64,000 nt of DNA from Candidatus Omnitrophota bacterium (GCA_016190215.1 JACPRA010000027.1:6659-70658); one strand, 5' to 3'. Shown: positions 27,178 to 36,815, numbered from the stretch's first letter. The notes: generated by a model not told the origin, from the letters alone. Numbers and translations are program-made.

Positions 27178-27772
27178 TCAGAGGAGAAAAAAATCACAGT
27201 CTGATTCTCGAGGATTTACATTAGTGGAGCTGTTCATCGCGGTGGCGATTTTCTCCGGCATCATCGGGGCGGTGTTCGTGAGCTTCCTTATCGGGCAGCG
27301 CTCCTTCCGCTCCTCGGAGGCGTTCATTCAAGTCCAGCAAGAAGCGCGCCGGGCGTTGGACAACATGGTGAAGGAGCTGCGCGAAGCCGGAGGGACCATC
27401 ACCGGCCCGCCCACCGAGCTGCGGTTTCAGGTCGCGCTGGGATATAATCTGCCGCCGCCGTGCCCGGTGAACGATGTGTGTTGGGGCGCCACCGACAGCA
27501 GCGGGACGGACCAGCCGAACTGGAGTATCCGCTATCGCCTCACCGGCGCGCAGCTGCGGCGCGAGGTGCTCGACACGGCTGGAGCCACCCGCGCCTCGAG
27601 CGTGCTCGGCAATGATGTCAGCCAGTTGACGTTTGCGTATATTGGTGGTAATACGCAACTAGTCACCATTGATCTTCAGGTGCAGCAGGTTTCATCGCAA
27701 CTTCCCGGGGGCAGCATGAGCACCGGCACGACACCCTTGCGCACGCAGGTCCGATTACGGAATCCGTCATAG
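27134..27772 (+). CDS. Minor pilin/pseudopilin (PilW/GspJ-like)
   Basis: Prepilin motif SRG|FTLVELFIAVAIFSGIIGAVF. The start is uncertain: the nearest upstream in-frame ATG is 27134, giving an unusually long leader, and it lies inside a structured region. Confidence 0.6.
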   Translation: MAARTSDVRLSPCLSQRRKKSQSDSRGFTLVELFIAVAIFSGIIGAVFVSFLIGQRSFRSSEAFIQVQQEARRALDNMVKELREAGGTITGPPTELRFQVALGYNLPPPCPVNDVCWGATDSSGTDQPNWSIRYRLTGAQLRREVLDTAGATRASSVLGNDVSQLTFAYIGGNTQLVTIDLQVQQVSSQLPGGSMSTGTTPLRTQVRLRNPS

Positions 27773-27777
27773 TCTGC

Positions 27778-28815
27778 ATGCCTGCGTCATCGTCCTCTCT
27801 CCTTCAGTCGGGCTGGAGCCTGCTCTCCCGGTTGGCGACCGTGTCGCCGAAAGAGCCCAAGCTCACCATCGGGCTCGACGTGGGGACCTCGTCCATCAAG
27901 ACTGTGGCGCTCGGCCAGCGCCGCCTGGGCCCGCGGCCGGTGCTGGGGCAGCACGTGCTGGAGCTGGGATCCGGCAGCGAGGTGCATCTACCGCAGGCCA
28001 TCCAGCGGGCGGTGGCGGCGCTGCGGGTGCCGACGAAAGCGGTCAGCGTGTCGGTCAGCGGCCAGTGGGTGATCATGCGGGTGATCGAGATGCCGGTGAT
28101 GAAGCCGGACGAGCTGGCCCTGGCGCTCCCCATTGAGGCGCAGCGTTACGTGCCGTTTCGGATTGAAGAGGTGATCGTCGACGGCACCATCCTCGGCCCG
28201 GCCGACGGCAACAAGATCTGGGTGGTGTTGGTCGCCTGCAAACGGGACCTGGTGGAGCGCCGGGTCGGGTGGGTCCGCCAGGCCGGCCTGGAGCCGGTGG
28301 TGGTGGATGTGGATGCCCTGGCCGTGGCGAACGCCGTGTGCGCCGGCGCCGACAACGGGTCCTCGACGGCAACCCGGGCCGTCATCAACGTCGGCACGCA
28401 GTGGACCAACCTGGCGGTCATCAAGAGCGGCAATCCGTATTTGATCCGCGACATTCCCTGGGGCATCGAAAAGCTCAGCCGCCGCGTGGCTGAGCAAACC
28501 GGCCTGGAAGAGCGTGCCGTCATCGGGCATCTGAAGCAATCCGAGGCCGTGCCGCCTGCGGTGCAGGAAGCCGTGGCGATCATGTGCGAGTCGCTTACCA
28601 CGGAACTGCAGCTCTCCTTTGATTTCTTCGAAAACCACTTCGGCCCGCCGCCTCAGCAACTGTTGGTGACCGGCGGGGCGGGCCAGTCCGCCTCGTTCCT
28701 GGAGGCGCTCAAGCGCCATGTGTCGCTGCCGATCGTGCCGTGGACGCCGGCGGCCGGGCTCGGGGGGCAGTTCACCGTGGCCTACGGGCTGGCGTTGCGC
28801 GGAGGCGCGGCATGA
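27778..28815 (+). CDS. pilM: Type IV pilus assembly protein PilM (actin-like ATPase fold)
   Basis: IGLDVGTSSIKTVAL phosphate-1 motif. Followed by pilNOPQ. Confidence 0.85.
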   Translation: MPASSSSLLQSGWSLLSRLATVSPKEPKLTIGLDVGTSSIKTVALGQRRLGPRPVLGQHVLELGSGSEVHLPQAIQRAVAALRVPTKAVSVSVSGQWVIMRVIEMPVMKPDELALALPIEAQRYVPFRIEEVIVDGTILGPADGNKIWVVLVACKRDLVERRVGWVRQAGLEPVVVDVDALAVANAVCAGADNGSSTATRAVINVGTQWTNLAVIKSGNPYLIRDIPWGIEKLSRRVAEQTGLEERAVIGHLKQSEAVPPAVQEAVAIMCESLTTELQLSFDFFENHFGPPPQQLLVTGGAGQSASFLEALKRHVSLPIVPWTPAAGLGGQFTVAYGLALRGGAA

Positions 28816-29429
28816 GCGCGCGCCTCGTAGCTGTCAACCTCCTGCCGGAGGGGCAGCGCAAACCCGTCACAAGTTCGCTTGAGCAGTTTCATCGGTCGCC
28901 GCTGGCGTGGTTGATCGGGGGCGGGCTGGTCGGGGTGGCGTTGGTGTTGTTCGTCATGTTGCGCGTCTATCAAGCCCAGACGGCGCAGGTGGCCGCGCAG
29001 CTGCAAACCCTGGACCAGCAGAAGCTGGTCGTGTTTCAGTTGAAGGACTCCCTGCAGGCCCTGCGCGCGCAGCAGCAGGCGTACCAGCAGGTCCAGCAGG
29101 ATCGCAGCGATTGGGCCCACCACCTCAACACGATTTCCGATCAGGTGCCGGATGGGGTGTGGTTCAGCGATTTGACGCTGGATCCGGTCCGCGGGTTGGT
29201 GATTGAGGGCTCGGCGATCAGCGAGGGCGGGGAAGAGATGGTGCGGATCGGCCGGTTCGTCCAGGAGTTGAAAGCCGATCCCCGGTTCGCGCAGTCCATC
29301 CAGGACATTCAAATTGAAGCGATCAAGCGCGGACAAGAAGGCGACATCGAGCTGGTGTTTTTCACCATTACCTGCACGCTGGCTCCGCCGCGCGCGGCCG
29401 CGGCGGCCTCCGCGACAGGCGGCGCGTGA
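28812..29429 (+). CDS. pilN: Type IV pilus assembly protein PilN
   Basis: The ATG at 28812 overlaps the pilM stop (ATGA). N-terminal VNLLPE motif, one TM helix and a coiled coil. Confidence 0.8.
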   Translation: MSARLVAVNLLPEGQRKPVTSSLEQFHRSPLAWLIGGGLVGVALVLFVMLRVYQAQTAQVAAQLQTLDQQKLVVFQLKDSLQALRAQQQAYQQVQQDRSDWAHHLNTISDQVPDGVWFSDLTLDPVRGLVIEGSAISEGGEEMVRIGRFVQELKADPRFAQSIQDIQIEAIKRGQEGDIELVFFTITCTLAPPRAAAAASATGGA

Positions 29430-30055
29430 CGATGGCGGAGAAGCCGTCTCGGCGGGTGGTGGCGGGCCTGGCGATTCTTGCGGCCCTCATTGCGTGGGTG
29501 TATTATGCCTATGTGGTGCAGCCGATGGCGCAGGGCATCACGCGGCTGCGGGAGGAATTGCGGCGCGCCCGCATTCAAGCCAGCGCGATCGAGCAAGCGA
29601 TCGCGCATGTGCCGGAACTGCAGCAGGAGCAGGCCGCGCTGGCCGACGACGTGGCCCGGCTGCGCGGCGCGTTGCCGAGCGAGCGTGAGCTGGCCTCGGT
29701 GATCCAGTTCATTTCCGATCTAGCCAGCCAGACGAACGTGAAAATCCAATCGGTCTTTCCTCAGCGCTCGTCCGACGAGGAGGCGGCCTCGGGTCGCCCC
29801 AGCCCCGCGTCGTCCGTAGGGCTGCTGTACCAGGAGATTCCCATCCAAATTGACGCGGTCGCCGGGTTTCACCAATTCGGCAGCTTCCTGAGCCGGGCGG
29901 AGCATGGTCCGCACGTGCTGCGGGTCCGCAGCCTCCGCATCAGCGGCAATCCCCGCGAGCCCCGCCGGCAGACGATCAAGCTCGTCATGATGACCTATGT
30001 GACGCCGGGCGCGCCGGTCGGCGCGGCAGCGCCTGAACCGCGCGCGGTGCCGTGA
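29426..30055 (+). CDS. pilO: Type IV pilus assembly protein PilO
   Basis: TM helix, coiled coil and a ferredoxin-like periplasmic domain. Overlaps the pilN stop. Confidence 0.8.
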   Translation: MTMAEKPSRRVVAGLAILAALIAWVYYAYVVQPMAQGITRLREELRRARIQASAIEQAIAHVPELQQEQAALADDVARLRGALPSERELASVIQFISDLASQTNVKIQSVFPQRSSDEEAASGRPSPASSVGLLYQEIPIQIDAVAGFHQFGSFLSRAEHGPHVLRVRSLRISGNPREPRRQTIKLVMMTYVTPGAPVGAAAPEPRAVP

Positions 30056-30062
30056 TCCGGCC

Positions 30063-30509
30063 ATGTCCAGCCTCTCCTCGATGCACCAGATCATCGTGCC
30101 GATGTTGGGACTGCTGATCCTCGCGGGAGCCAGCGGCGCCGACCCGCAAGAGCACCCTACCTATGATGCCAAACGCCGCCGCGACCCCTTCACTCCCTTG
30201 GTGCGGGAGGGCCGGTTGGTCGGGGCGTCGTCAGCAGACGCGTCCGCGGCGGTGATCGTCTCCTCCTCCACGTTGGTCTTGGCGGGCATCCTCTGGGACC
30301 CCGCCGGCCGCTCCGTGGCGTTGGTCAACGAGACCGAAGTGAAGGTCGGCGACCTCATTGGAGAGTACCGGGTGATCGAGATCCGTCCCGATGCCGTGGT
30401 CTTGGACCGCGACGGGAAACAGCACGTGTTGCACATGACCTATGAGGGGTCCAGCAAGGGACACAGCCAGCCGGAGACATCGGCAGCGACAGGAGGGGAA
30501 GGCCCGTGA
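30063..30509 (+). CDS. pilP: Type IV pilus assembly protein PilP-like
   Basis: Signal/lipoprotein-like N-terminus. C-terminal beta domain (LVLAGILWDPAGRSVALVNETEVKVGDLIGEYRVIEIRPDAVVL). Confidence 0.65.
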   Translation: MSSLSSMHQIIVPMLGLLILAGASGADPQEHPTYDAKRRRDPFTPLVREGRLVGASSADASAAVIVSSSTLVLAGILWDPAGRSVALVNETEVKVGDLIGEYRVIEIRPDAVVLDRDGKQHVLHMTYEGSSKGHSQPETSAATGGEGP

Positions 30510-31909
30510 GGAGACAACGCTGGTGGATCGGAGCCCTGCTCGGCTGCTGCCTCGTGGCCCCAAGCCTGCTGCGGGCGCAAGAGGACGTGGAGGTCTCGCC
30601 CGAGGCTGAGACGCGCGAGGACGCGGCCGGCGCCGCGTCCGAATCGCCAGCATCCGCGGCGGCGGTTGCTGCCGCCCCGGTGTCGGCGCCGAGCGAGGCC
30701 GGATTGATCACGCTGGATTTCAAGGACGCCGACATCCGCCAGGTCTTGCGGGTGCTCTCGCTGAAGAGCGGGGTGGATATCGTCGCCAGCCCGGATGTGG
30801 AAAGCCTCGTCTCCATCAAGCTGACCAACGTGCCCTGGGAGCAGGCGCTGGACATCATCCTGCGGACGTACGGCTTCGCCTACGAGCGCAAAGACAAGGT
30901 CATCCGGGTGATGACGCAGGAAGCCGTGGAGCAGGAGGCCCTTGCCACGGAAGTGTTCCCGCTGAACTATGCCAAGGCCGCCGACGTGTCCAAAGTGATC
31001 GAAGAGATGCTCTCAGAGCGGGGCAAAGCGAAATTCGACGAGCGAACCAATACGCTCATCGTGACAGATCTGCCCTCCAACCTGTTTCAGTTGCGGAGCG
31101 TGATCACGCGCTTGGATCAGGCGACGGCGCAAGTCCACATCGAATCGCGCTTCGTCGAGACGCGCCTGACGCGGGATGAAAACCTGGGGTTTGATTGGAG
31201 CGATTCCATGAGCATGACGTGGACGCTGCCCCAGGTGACCGGCACGATCCCGCTGCCGCGGCGCCTGCAATCGGTCAGCGCGGCGGCGGACGGCGCGGTC
31301 ACGCTGGGGACCTTGAATCCGGGCAGCCTGAACACGGTGATCAACGTCTTAAAATCGCGCGTGGAGACGCGGGTGATCTCCAATCCCACCATCGTGACCT
31401 TGGACAACAAAGAAGCCAGCGTCCAGGTGGGCACGGATGTGAATATCCCGAATTTCCAGATCGACCCCTCCACCGGCCGCGCCACCGTCACCGGTTTCCA
31501 GACCCGCTCGACCGGCATTTTGTTGAAGGTGACGCCGCACATCAACCTGCAAGGGGAGATCGTCTTGGACGTGAAGCCGGAGATCACCTCGGTCGGGACG
31601 GATCGGACGTTCGCGCAGGGGATCACCTTTCCCGACTTCGACGTGCAGAAAGCGCAGACGCAAGTCCGCTTGCTCAATGGGCAGACGTTGGCGATCGGCG
31701 GGCTCAAGCGGCAGGCCGAGCGCGTGACGTTGAGCAAGGTGCCGATCTTGGGCGATGTGCCGATCCTGGGATGGTTTTTTACCAATCGGCGGGAGCAGAC
31801 CCCCTCCGGCCAGGACCAGCTGGATCTGCTGATTTTCTTGACGGTGCATCTGGTGACCCAGGGTTCGCCGCAGGCGGTGGTGGCGGCCCAGCCGCCGTCG
31901 GCGCCCTAA
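30506..31909 (+). CDS. pilQ: Type IV pilus secretin PilQ
   Basis: N0/STN-like ITLDFKDADIRQVLRVLS, and secretin domain motifs (VISNPTIVTLDNKEASVQVG, ILLKVTPHIN, LAIGGL, VPILGDVPILGWFF, LLIFLTVHLV). Confidence 0.9.
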   Translation: MRRQRWWIGALLGCCLVAPSLLRAQEDVEVSPEAETREDAAGAASESPASAAAVAAAPVSAPSEAGLITLDFKDADIRQVLRVLSLKSGVDIVASPDVESLVSIKLTNVPWEQALDIILRTYGFAYERKDKVIRVMTQEAVEQEALATEVFPLNYAKAADVSKVIEEMLSERGKAKFDERTNTLIVTDLPSNLFQLRSVITRLDQATAQVHIESRFVETRLTRDENLGFDWSDSMSMTWTLPQVTGTIPLPRRLQSVSAAADGAVTLGTLNPGSLNTVINVLKSRVETRVISNPTIVTLDNKEASVQVGTDVNIPNFQIDPSTGRATVTGFQTRSTGILLKVTPHINLQGEIVLDVKPEITSVGTDRTFAQGITFPDFDVQKAQTQVRLLNGQTLAIGGLKRQAERVTLSKVPILGDVPILGWFFTNRREQTPSGQDQLDLLIFLTVHLVTQGSPQAVVAAQPPSAP

Positions 31910-31913
31910 GCGA

Positions 31914-32171
31914 ATGCCGAAGGAGCTGCGAATGCGACACATGTCCACGCTCATGCTGGCCGCGGCCGCCGGGGCCGCGGCGACCTGGCTGGTGGCGCTG
32001 CCGACGCGCGTGACGGCGGCGTCCTCTCCCGCCGCGCGCGAGTCCAAGGCCGATCTGGCGGCGATCGATCGAAAATTAGACCAGATTGCGGATCAGCAGG
32101 TGCTGATCCTCCAGCAGCTTCAAGCGATGGCGGAAGAGCTGCGCATTATCAAGGTTCGCGCCACCCGCTAA
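31914..32171 (+). CDS. Small secreted coiled-coil protein (unknown)
   Basis: Signal-like N-terminus (MSTLMLAAAAGAAATWLVA) and a C-terminal heptad-rich helix. It begins 5 nt after pilQ and precedes the terminator-like hairpin. Confidence 0.4.
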   Translation: MPKELRMRHMSTLMLAAAAGAAATWLVALPTRVTAASSPAARESKADLAAIDRKLDQIADQQVLILQQLQAMAEELRIIKVRATR

Positions 32172-32196
32172 CACGCCTCCCTGAAGACATCAGCTC

Positions 32197-32233
32197 GCCG
32201 TTCGTGAAGCGTCTCTCGCGCTTCACGAACGGC
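32197..32233 (+). terminator. Perfect 15-bp stem-loop closing the pilus operon (no U-tract)
   Basis: GCCGTTCGTGAAGCG-tctctcg-CGCTTCACGAACGGC. A second small palindrome, GGTAGCG...CGCTACC, follows. Confidence 0.5.
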
Positions 32234-32275
32234 GCTTCACCAACCCTCTTGGTAGCGATTTCCGGTACCGCTACC

Positions 32276-32305
32276 TTGACGCTTTTTCACGACGTATGTT
32301 ATACT
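32276..32305 (+). promoter_or_regulatory. Sigma70-type promoter (TTGACG-18 nt-TATACT) for cvpA
   Basis: Read directly from the sequence. The -10 ends 7 nt before the ATG at 32313, so the mRNA may be leaderless. Confidence 0.45.
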
Positions 32306-32312
32306 TCCCTTG

Positions 32313-32915
32313 ATGCCAAACGCGTGGCCGAATTGGGTGGATGTGCTTATTGTAATTCTATTTCTCCGAGCATGTTACAGTGGTTTTAGCCGCGGCGTTG
32401 AGGCAGAAATTTTCAGTCTGATCGGGGCGGTCAGCGCCGCCGCCCTGGCCTGTAATTTCCACGGCGTGCTCACGCGGATGGTATCGCCGTGGTGGAAGTG
32501 GGACCCGGCCTCGCTGGATTTCTTCATCTTTGTCGCCATACTGCTGGTTGCGAACATCGGGTTTCGAGCGCTCTTTCAATTGGTGATCGGGTTGGTGAAA
32601 TGGGGCGAGCGGTTTTCCTGGGTGGTGCAGGGCCTGGGGTTGGTCCTGGGGGGTGTGCGGGGACTGTGGTGGTCCGGCATGCTCCTGGCGTTGCTGCTGG
32701 CCACCGGGGTGCCGGGGTTGGTGTACGCGATCCAAGAGCGTTCGATGACGGGCGATCGCCTCGTGCGGACCGCGTATTCGACGCTACAGCGGGTGGCGGA
32801 TTGGTATCCAGGGCGGGAACAGCGGACCTCGGTCCTGCCCTCCACCCAGTGGCGAGCGCCTGAGGCGCCGATTCCGCAGCGGACGTTTCCCTCCCGATCA
32901 GAACGCCGGCGATAA
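32313..32915 (+). CDS. cvpA: CvpA-family membrane protein
   Basis: N-terminus NWVDVLIVILFLRACYSGFSRG and four TM helices, typical of colicin V production protein family members. Confidence 0.7.
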   Translation: MPNAWPNWVDVLIVILFLRACYSGFSRGVEAEIFSLIGAVSAAALACNFHGVLTRMVSPWWKWDPASLDFFIFVAILLVANIGFRALFQLVIGLVKWGERFSWVVQGLGLVLGGVRGLWWSGMLLALLLATGVPGLVYAIQERSMTGDRLVRTAYSTLQRVADWYPGREQRTSVLPSTQWRAPEAPIPQRTFPSRSERRR

Positions 32916-32917
32916 GG

Positions 32918-34729
32918 ATGCCACTGATTCCTGAGCAGCTATTGGATGACATTCAGTCCCGGGCCGATATCGCCGAGCTGATCGGCCAATACGTGCCGCT
33001 CAAGCGCGCGGGGCGGAATTTTAAGGGGCGCTGTCCGTTTCATCAGGAACGCACCCCGTCGTTCCACGTGAATACGGACAAGCAGATCTACCACTGCTTT
33101 GGCTGCGGGGTTGGCGGCAACATCTTCAGCTTCCTGATGCAGCAGGAGCGCTTGACGTTTCCGGAAGCGGCGCAGCGGCTGGCGGAGCAGGTGGGTGTCA
33201 CCCTGCCGTCCGGCGGCGATGCCGGGCGCAGCGAGCGGATGAGCGCGCTCGCGGACCTGATGGAGAAGGCGACCCAGTACTATGAGCGGATGCTGGCGCA
33301 TCCGGCCATGGGCCGCGCCGCACGGGCGTATCTGGATGCGCGCGGCGTTGCCGCGGCGACGCGCCAGGCCTATCGCCTGGGCTGCGCGCCGGGCGGATGG
33401 CAGCATCTCGTTGACGCGGCCCGGCGCCGGGGCATCGGGCCGGACCAGTTGGAGACGGCGGGGCTGGCGCTGTCGGGGCCGCGCGGGTTTCGGGACCGGT
33501 TCCGCGACCGTTTGTTGTTTCCCATTCAAGACGCGCGCGGGCGGGTGCTGAGCTTCGGGGGGCGCTCGTTGGCCGACCAGGAGCCGAAGTATTTGAACGG
33601 GCCGGAGACGCCGCTCTATCACAAAGGGCAGGGCCTCTTTGGCATCGCCCAGGCCAAGGACGCGATCGCGCGCGCGAAATGCGCCGTCATCGTGGAAGGC
33701 TATTTTGATTGCGTGGTACTGTGGCAGGAGGGCGTGCAGCACGTCGTGTCGCCGTTGGGAGTGGCACTGACCCCGGAGCAAGCCCGGCTCCTGGCGCGCT
33801 ACGCGGACCGGGCGGTGCTGGCGTTTGACCCGGATACCGCCGGGGAAACGGCCTCGCTGCGCGGCATTGACGTGCTGGTGGAAGCCGGGTTTCACGTGCA
33901 GGTGGCCCAGTTGCCGCCCGGGGTCGATCCGGATGAGTTCGTGCGCGCGTACGGGCGCGAGGCGATGGAACAGCTTCTGGCCAATGCGGCCGGGGTGGTG
34001 GAGTTTTTGATGGCCTGCGCGGGGAAGCGCTACCGCCTGGGCAGTGCGGATGAAAAAGTCCGCGCCGCCGAGCAGATGATCTTACCGACGGTGGCGAAGG
34101 TGCCCAATGCGATGCTGCGCGCCGAATATGTCCGCGTGCTGGCGGAGCAGTGGCAGCTGGATGAGCACGCGGTCCGGGAAGAGCTGGGCAAGGCGCAGTC
34201 CCGTCCGGCTGTCGGGCGCGCAGCGGCCGCGCCGGCGGCGCCGGCCGCCCGACCTACGCCGGGGCAAAGCGCGGAGCGATTGGTCACGGCGCTGGTGCTG
34301 GACGAGCCCTCCCGGTGGACGCAGCTCCAAGGCCGCGTGGCGTTGCAGGACCTGCAAGACGAGCGGCTGCGGCGCATCCTGGCGGTCATCGCCGAGGTGC
34401 ATGGCGCCGGCGAGCGGCAGCCGAGCGCCGGGCAAGTCATGGCGCGGCTGCAGGATGAGGAAGCCGGCGCGCTGATCCCGCAACTTATTGCCCTCGCCCA
34501 GGCCGAGCCGACCAAGGACGATGCCTGGAACAAGGGGCTGAAACGATTGGAACGAGACGCCGGTCTGCGGCATCAAGAGCAGTTGCGCCAGCAGATCCGC
34601 GTGGCGCAGGAACGGGGCAACGACGCCGAGCTGATGCGCTTAATGGGCGCCTATCAATTAGTCATGAAATCTCCGACGGAAGCGGGAGTCGCGCAGCCAT
34701 CGTACGCCGGGACAGGGAGGAAACCATAA
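32918..34729 (+). CDS. dnaG: DNA primase
   Basis: CHC2 zinc finger ([13 protein letters not shown]...HCFGCG) and a TOPRIM domain (VIVEGYFD). Located upstream of rpoD. Confidence 0.95.
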   Translation: MPLIPEQLLDDIQSRADIAELIGQYVPLKRAGRNFKGRCPFHQERTPSFHVNTDKQIYHCFGCGVGGNIFSFLMQQERLTFPEAAQRLAEQVGVTLPSGGDAGRSERMSALADLMEKATQYYERMLAHPAMGRAARAYLDARGVAAATRQAYRLGCAPGGWQHLVDAARRRGIGPDQLETAGLALSGPRGFRDRFRDRLLFPIQDARGRVLSFGGRSLADQEPKYLNGPETPLYHKGQGLFGIAQAKDAIARAKCAVIVEGYFDCVVLWQEGVQHVVSPLGVALTPEQARLLARYADRAVLAFDPDTAGETASLRGIDVLVEAGFHVQVAQLPPGVDPDEFVRAYGREAMEQLLANAAGVVEFLMACAGKRYRLGSADEKVRAAEQMILPTVAKVPNAMLRAEYVRVLAEQWQLDEHAVREELGKAQSRPAVGRAAAAPAAPAARPTPGQSAERLVTALVLDEPSRWTQLQGRVALQDLQDERLRRILAVIAEVHGAGERQPSAGQVMARLQDEEAGALIPQLIALAQAEPTKDDAWNKGLKRLERDAGLRHQEQLRQQIRVAQERGNDAELMRLMGAYQLVMKSPTEAGVAQPSYAGTGRKP

Positions 34730-36369
34730 TGGACACCACGACGAAGCGCAAGCCGATCAGCGAGCGTCTGCAGCGGATCTTGGCCATCGGACGGGACAAG
34801 GGGCGCATTACGTACGAGGAGCTCAACCGCCTCCTGCCCGAGGACGTGGCCTCGCCTGAAGAGATTGACGAGCTGCTGACCCTGCTGGCGAAGGAGAACA
34901 TCGAGATCGTGGACAAGCCGACCTCGGCCGCCTCGGCCCGGAAAGAAGCTCGCCAGGCCGCGGATCACGCCCCGGCGCACGGTTCGGCGTCATCCGCCCC
35001 GGCGGAAGAGAAAGCGGAGGCCGAGGCTGAAGAGGTGCCGGAGGCCCCCCAGATCAAGCAGCTGGACGATCCGGTCAAAATGTATCTGCGCCAAATGGGG
35101 CAGATCCCGCTGCTGACGCGCGAGCAAGAATTGGCTCTCGCCCAGAAGATCGAGGCGGCGGAGTGGGCCTTCCGCGGCCGCGTCTTGAAGCTGCCCTTTA
35201 CCCGGCGCGAGCTGATGACGCTGCTGGATTCGCTCATCGAAGGCCGCCTGCCGCCTGAAGATTACGTGAAGGACGATCCCAACCTCAAGCGGGAAGAGCT
35301 GGTGGCCCTGATCATCAAGCTGCGCAAGCGGCTGCGGGCCACCCGGTCGCTGACGGGAGTGCGCAAGCTGGCGGGGGAATTCCACCTGACGATCTTGGCC
35401 ATCGGCTGGATCGTCGAGCGCGCCGAGCAATTCCTGCGGGCCATCGAGACGACGGACCGGCAGCTCGTCCAGGTGAAGCGCTCCAGCCGCAACGGCGCCG
35501 CCCGGCGGCACGACTTGCTGGCCAAGCGCCGCGAGCAGCTGCGGCAGCTGGGCGGCCCGCCGGAGACGATGCGCGTTGTCTGCCGCGAGATCCGCCAGGC
35601 CGAAACCGAGTACACGCGCGCCAAGAAGGCCCTGGTGGAAGCGAACCTGCGGCTGGTCGTGAGCATTGCCAAGAAGTACACGAACCGCGGGCTGTCCTTC
35701 CTCGACCTGATCCAGGAAGGCAACATCGGGCTGATGAAGGCGGTGGAGAAGTTCGAGTATCGCCGCGGCTACAAGTTCTCCACGTATGCGACCTGGTGGA
35801 TCCGCCAGGCGATCACGCGCGCCATCGCCGATCAGGCGCGCACGATCCGCATCCCGGTGCACATGACGGAGACCATCAACAAGCTTATCCGCGTCTCGCT
35901 GGCGATCGTCCAGGAAACCGGGCGGGAGCCGGCCCCGGAGGAGATCGCCAAAGCCACCGGGATCCCGGTGGACAAGGTGCGCGGCATCTTGAAGATCGCG
36001 CAGGAGCCCATCTCCCTGCAGACGCCCATCGGGGAAGACGGGGATACGCACTTCGGCGATTTCATCGAGGACAAGCGCGCGGTGTCGCCGGCCAACGCCA
36101 CCGCCTACAACATGCTCAAAGAGCAGATTGAAGGCGTGCTCACCAGCCTCTCCGAGCGGGAGCGCCAGGTGCTGCTGCTGCGTTTCGGCCTGCATGACGG
36201 CTCGCCGCGCACGCTGGAGGAAGTGGGCCAGATGTTCAACGTCACCCGCGAGCGCGTGCGCCAGATCGAAGCCAAGGCGCTGCGGAAGCTGCGGCACCCC
36301 ACGCGCAGCCGCCGGCTTCGCAACTTTTTGGAAGTGGCATTCTCGAGCGAAAAGGGCTACACTTTCTGA
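34729..36369 (+). CDS. rpoD: RNA polymerase primary sigma factor
   Basis: Region 2-4 motifs ([27 protein letters not shown], and [27 protein letters not shown]). Confidence 0.95.
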   Translation: MDTTTKRKPISERLQRILAIGRDKGRITYEELNRLLPEDVASPEEIDELLTLLAKENIEIVDKPTSAASARKEARQAADHAPAHGSASSAPAEEKAEAEAEEVPEAPQIKQLDDPVKMYLRQMGQIPLLTREQELALAQKIEAAEWAFRGRVLKLPFTRRELMTLLDSLIEGRLPPEDYVKDDPNLKREELVALIIKLRKRLRATRSLTGVRKLAGEFHLTILAIGWIVERAEQFLRAIETTDRQLVQVKRSSRNGAARRHDLLAKRREQLRQLGGPPETMRVVCREIRQAETEYTRAKKALVEANLRLVVSIAKKYTNRGLSFLDLIQEGNIGLMKAVEKFEYRRGYKFSTYATWWIRQAITRAIADQARTIRIPVHMTETINKLIRVSLAIVQETGREPAPEEIAKATGIPVDKVRGILKIAQEPISLQTPIGEDGDTHFGDFIEDKRAVSPANATAYNMLKEQIEGVLTSLSERERQVLLLRFGLHDGSPRTLEEVGQMFNVTRERVRQIEAKALRKLRHPTRSRRLRNFLEVAFSSEKGYTF

Positions 36370-36446
36370 ACCCCGCGCGCGTCGGCCGTTGCGCCGCGCT
36401 GCGGCGTGGTGTGATCTTCGGTGGTGTTCCCGCCAGGCGTATCCAC

Positions 36447-36518
36447 GGGCCGGTAGCTCAGTGGTAGAGCAGGAGACTCATAATCTCTTGGTCGGACGTT
36501 CGATCCGTCCCCGGCCCA
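36447..36518 (+). tRNA. tRNA with CAT anticodon (elongator type; resembles tRNA-Ile2/lysidine class more than initiator)
   Basis: Hand-folded cloverleaf. Acceptor GGGCCGG/CCGGCCC, anticodon loop CTCATAA, T-loop TTCGATC. G1-C72 pairing and no GGG/CCC anticodon stem argue against an initiator. No encoded CCA. Confidence 0.85.
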
Positions 36519-36552
36519 TGTTGTTTCGAGGCAAGGGACGGACGGTAAGCTT

Positions 36553-36626
36553 GGGCGATTAGCTCAGTCGGTTAGAGCGCATGCCTCACATGCATGAGGT
36601 CAGAGGTTCGAGTCCTCTATCGCCCA
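36553..36626 (+). tRNA. tRNA-Val (CAC)
   Basis: Hand-folded cloverleaf. Acceptor GGGCGAT/ATCGCCC, anticodon loop CTCACAT, T-loop TTCGAGT. No encoded CCA. Confidence 0.9.
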
Positions 36627-36771
36627 CGTTCTTTCACGCATAAGGTTGAGGGACTCGAAGGGAGCCGCGACTTGGTGAACGTTGGCGCGACGAATAGGAG
36701 CGCCGACCTTCCTTGGGAGCGGCGGGCGGCGACCGGAACGACCCCGATCGCAATCGGGGGAGTGCAGGCGC

Positions 36772-36787
36772 CGAGTCCTCTATCGCC
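36772..36787 (+). repeat. Direct repeat of the tRNA-Val 3' end (CGAGTCCTCTATCGCC)
   Basis: 16-nt exact copy of 36609-36624, located 163 nt downstream. Confidence 0.8.
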
Positions 36788-36815
36788 TAGGTGATGTATT
36801 TTCTCATGGGAGACG

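Noticed and set aside
36447-36518. tRNA-CAT as the initiator tRNA-fMet.
   Set aside because: It has a paired 1-72 position (G-C) and lacks the three consecutive G-C pairs at the base of the anticodon stem. Its overall sequence resembles elongator or Ile2 (lysidine) types.
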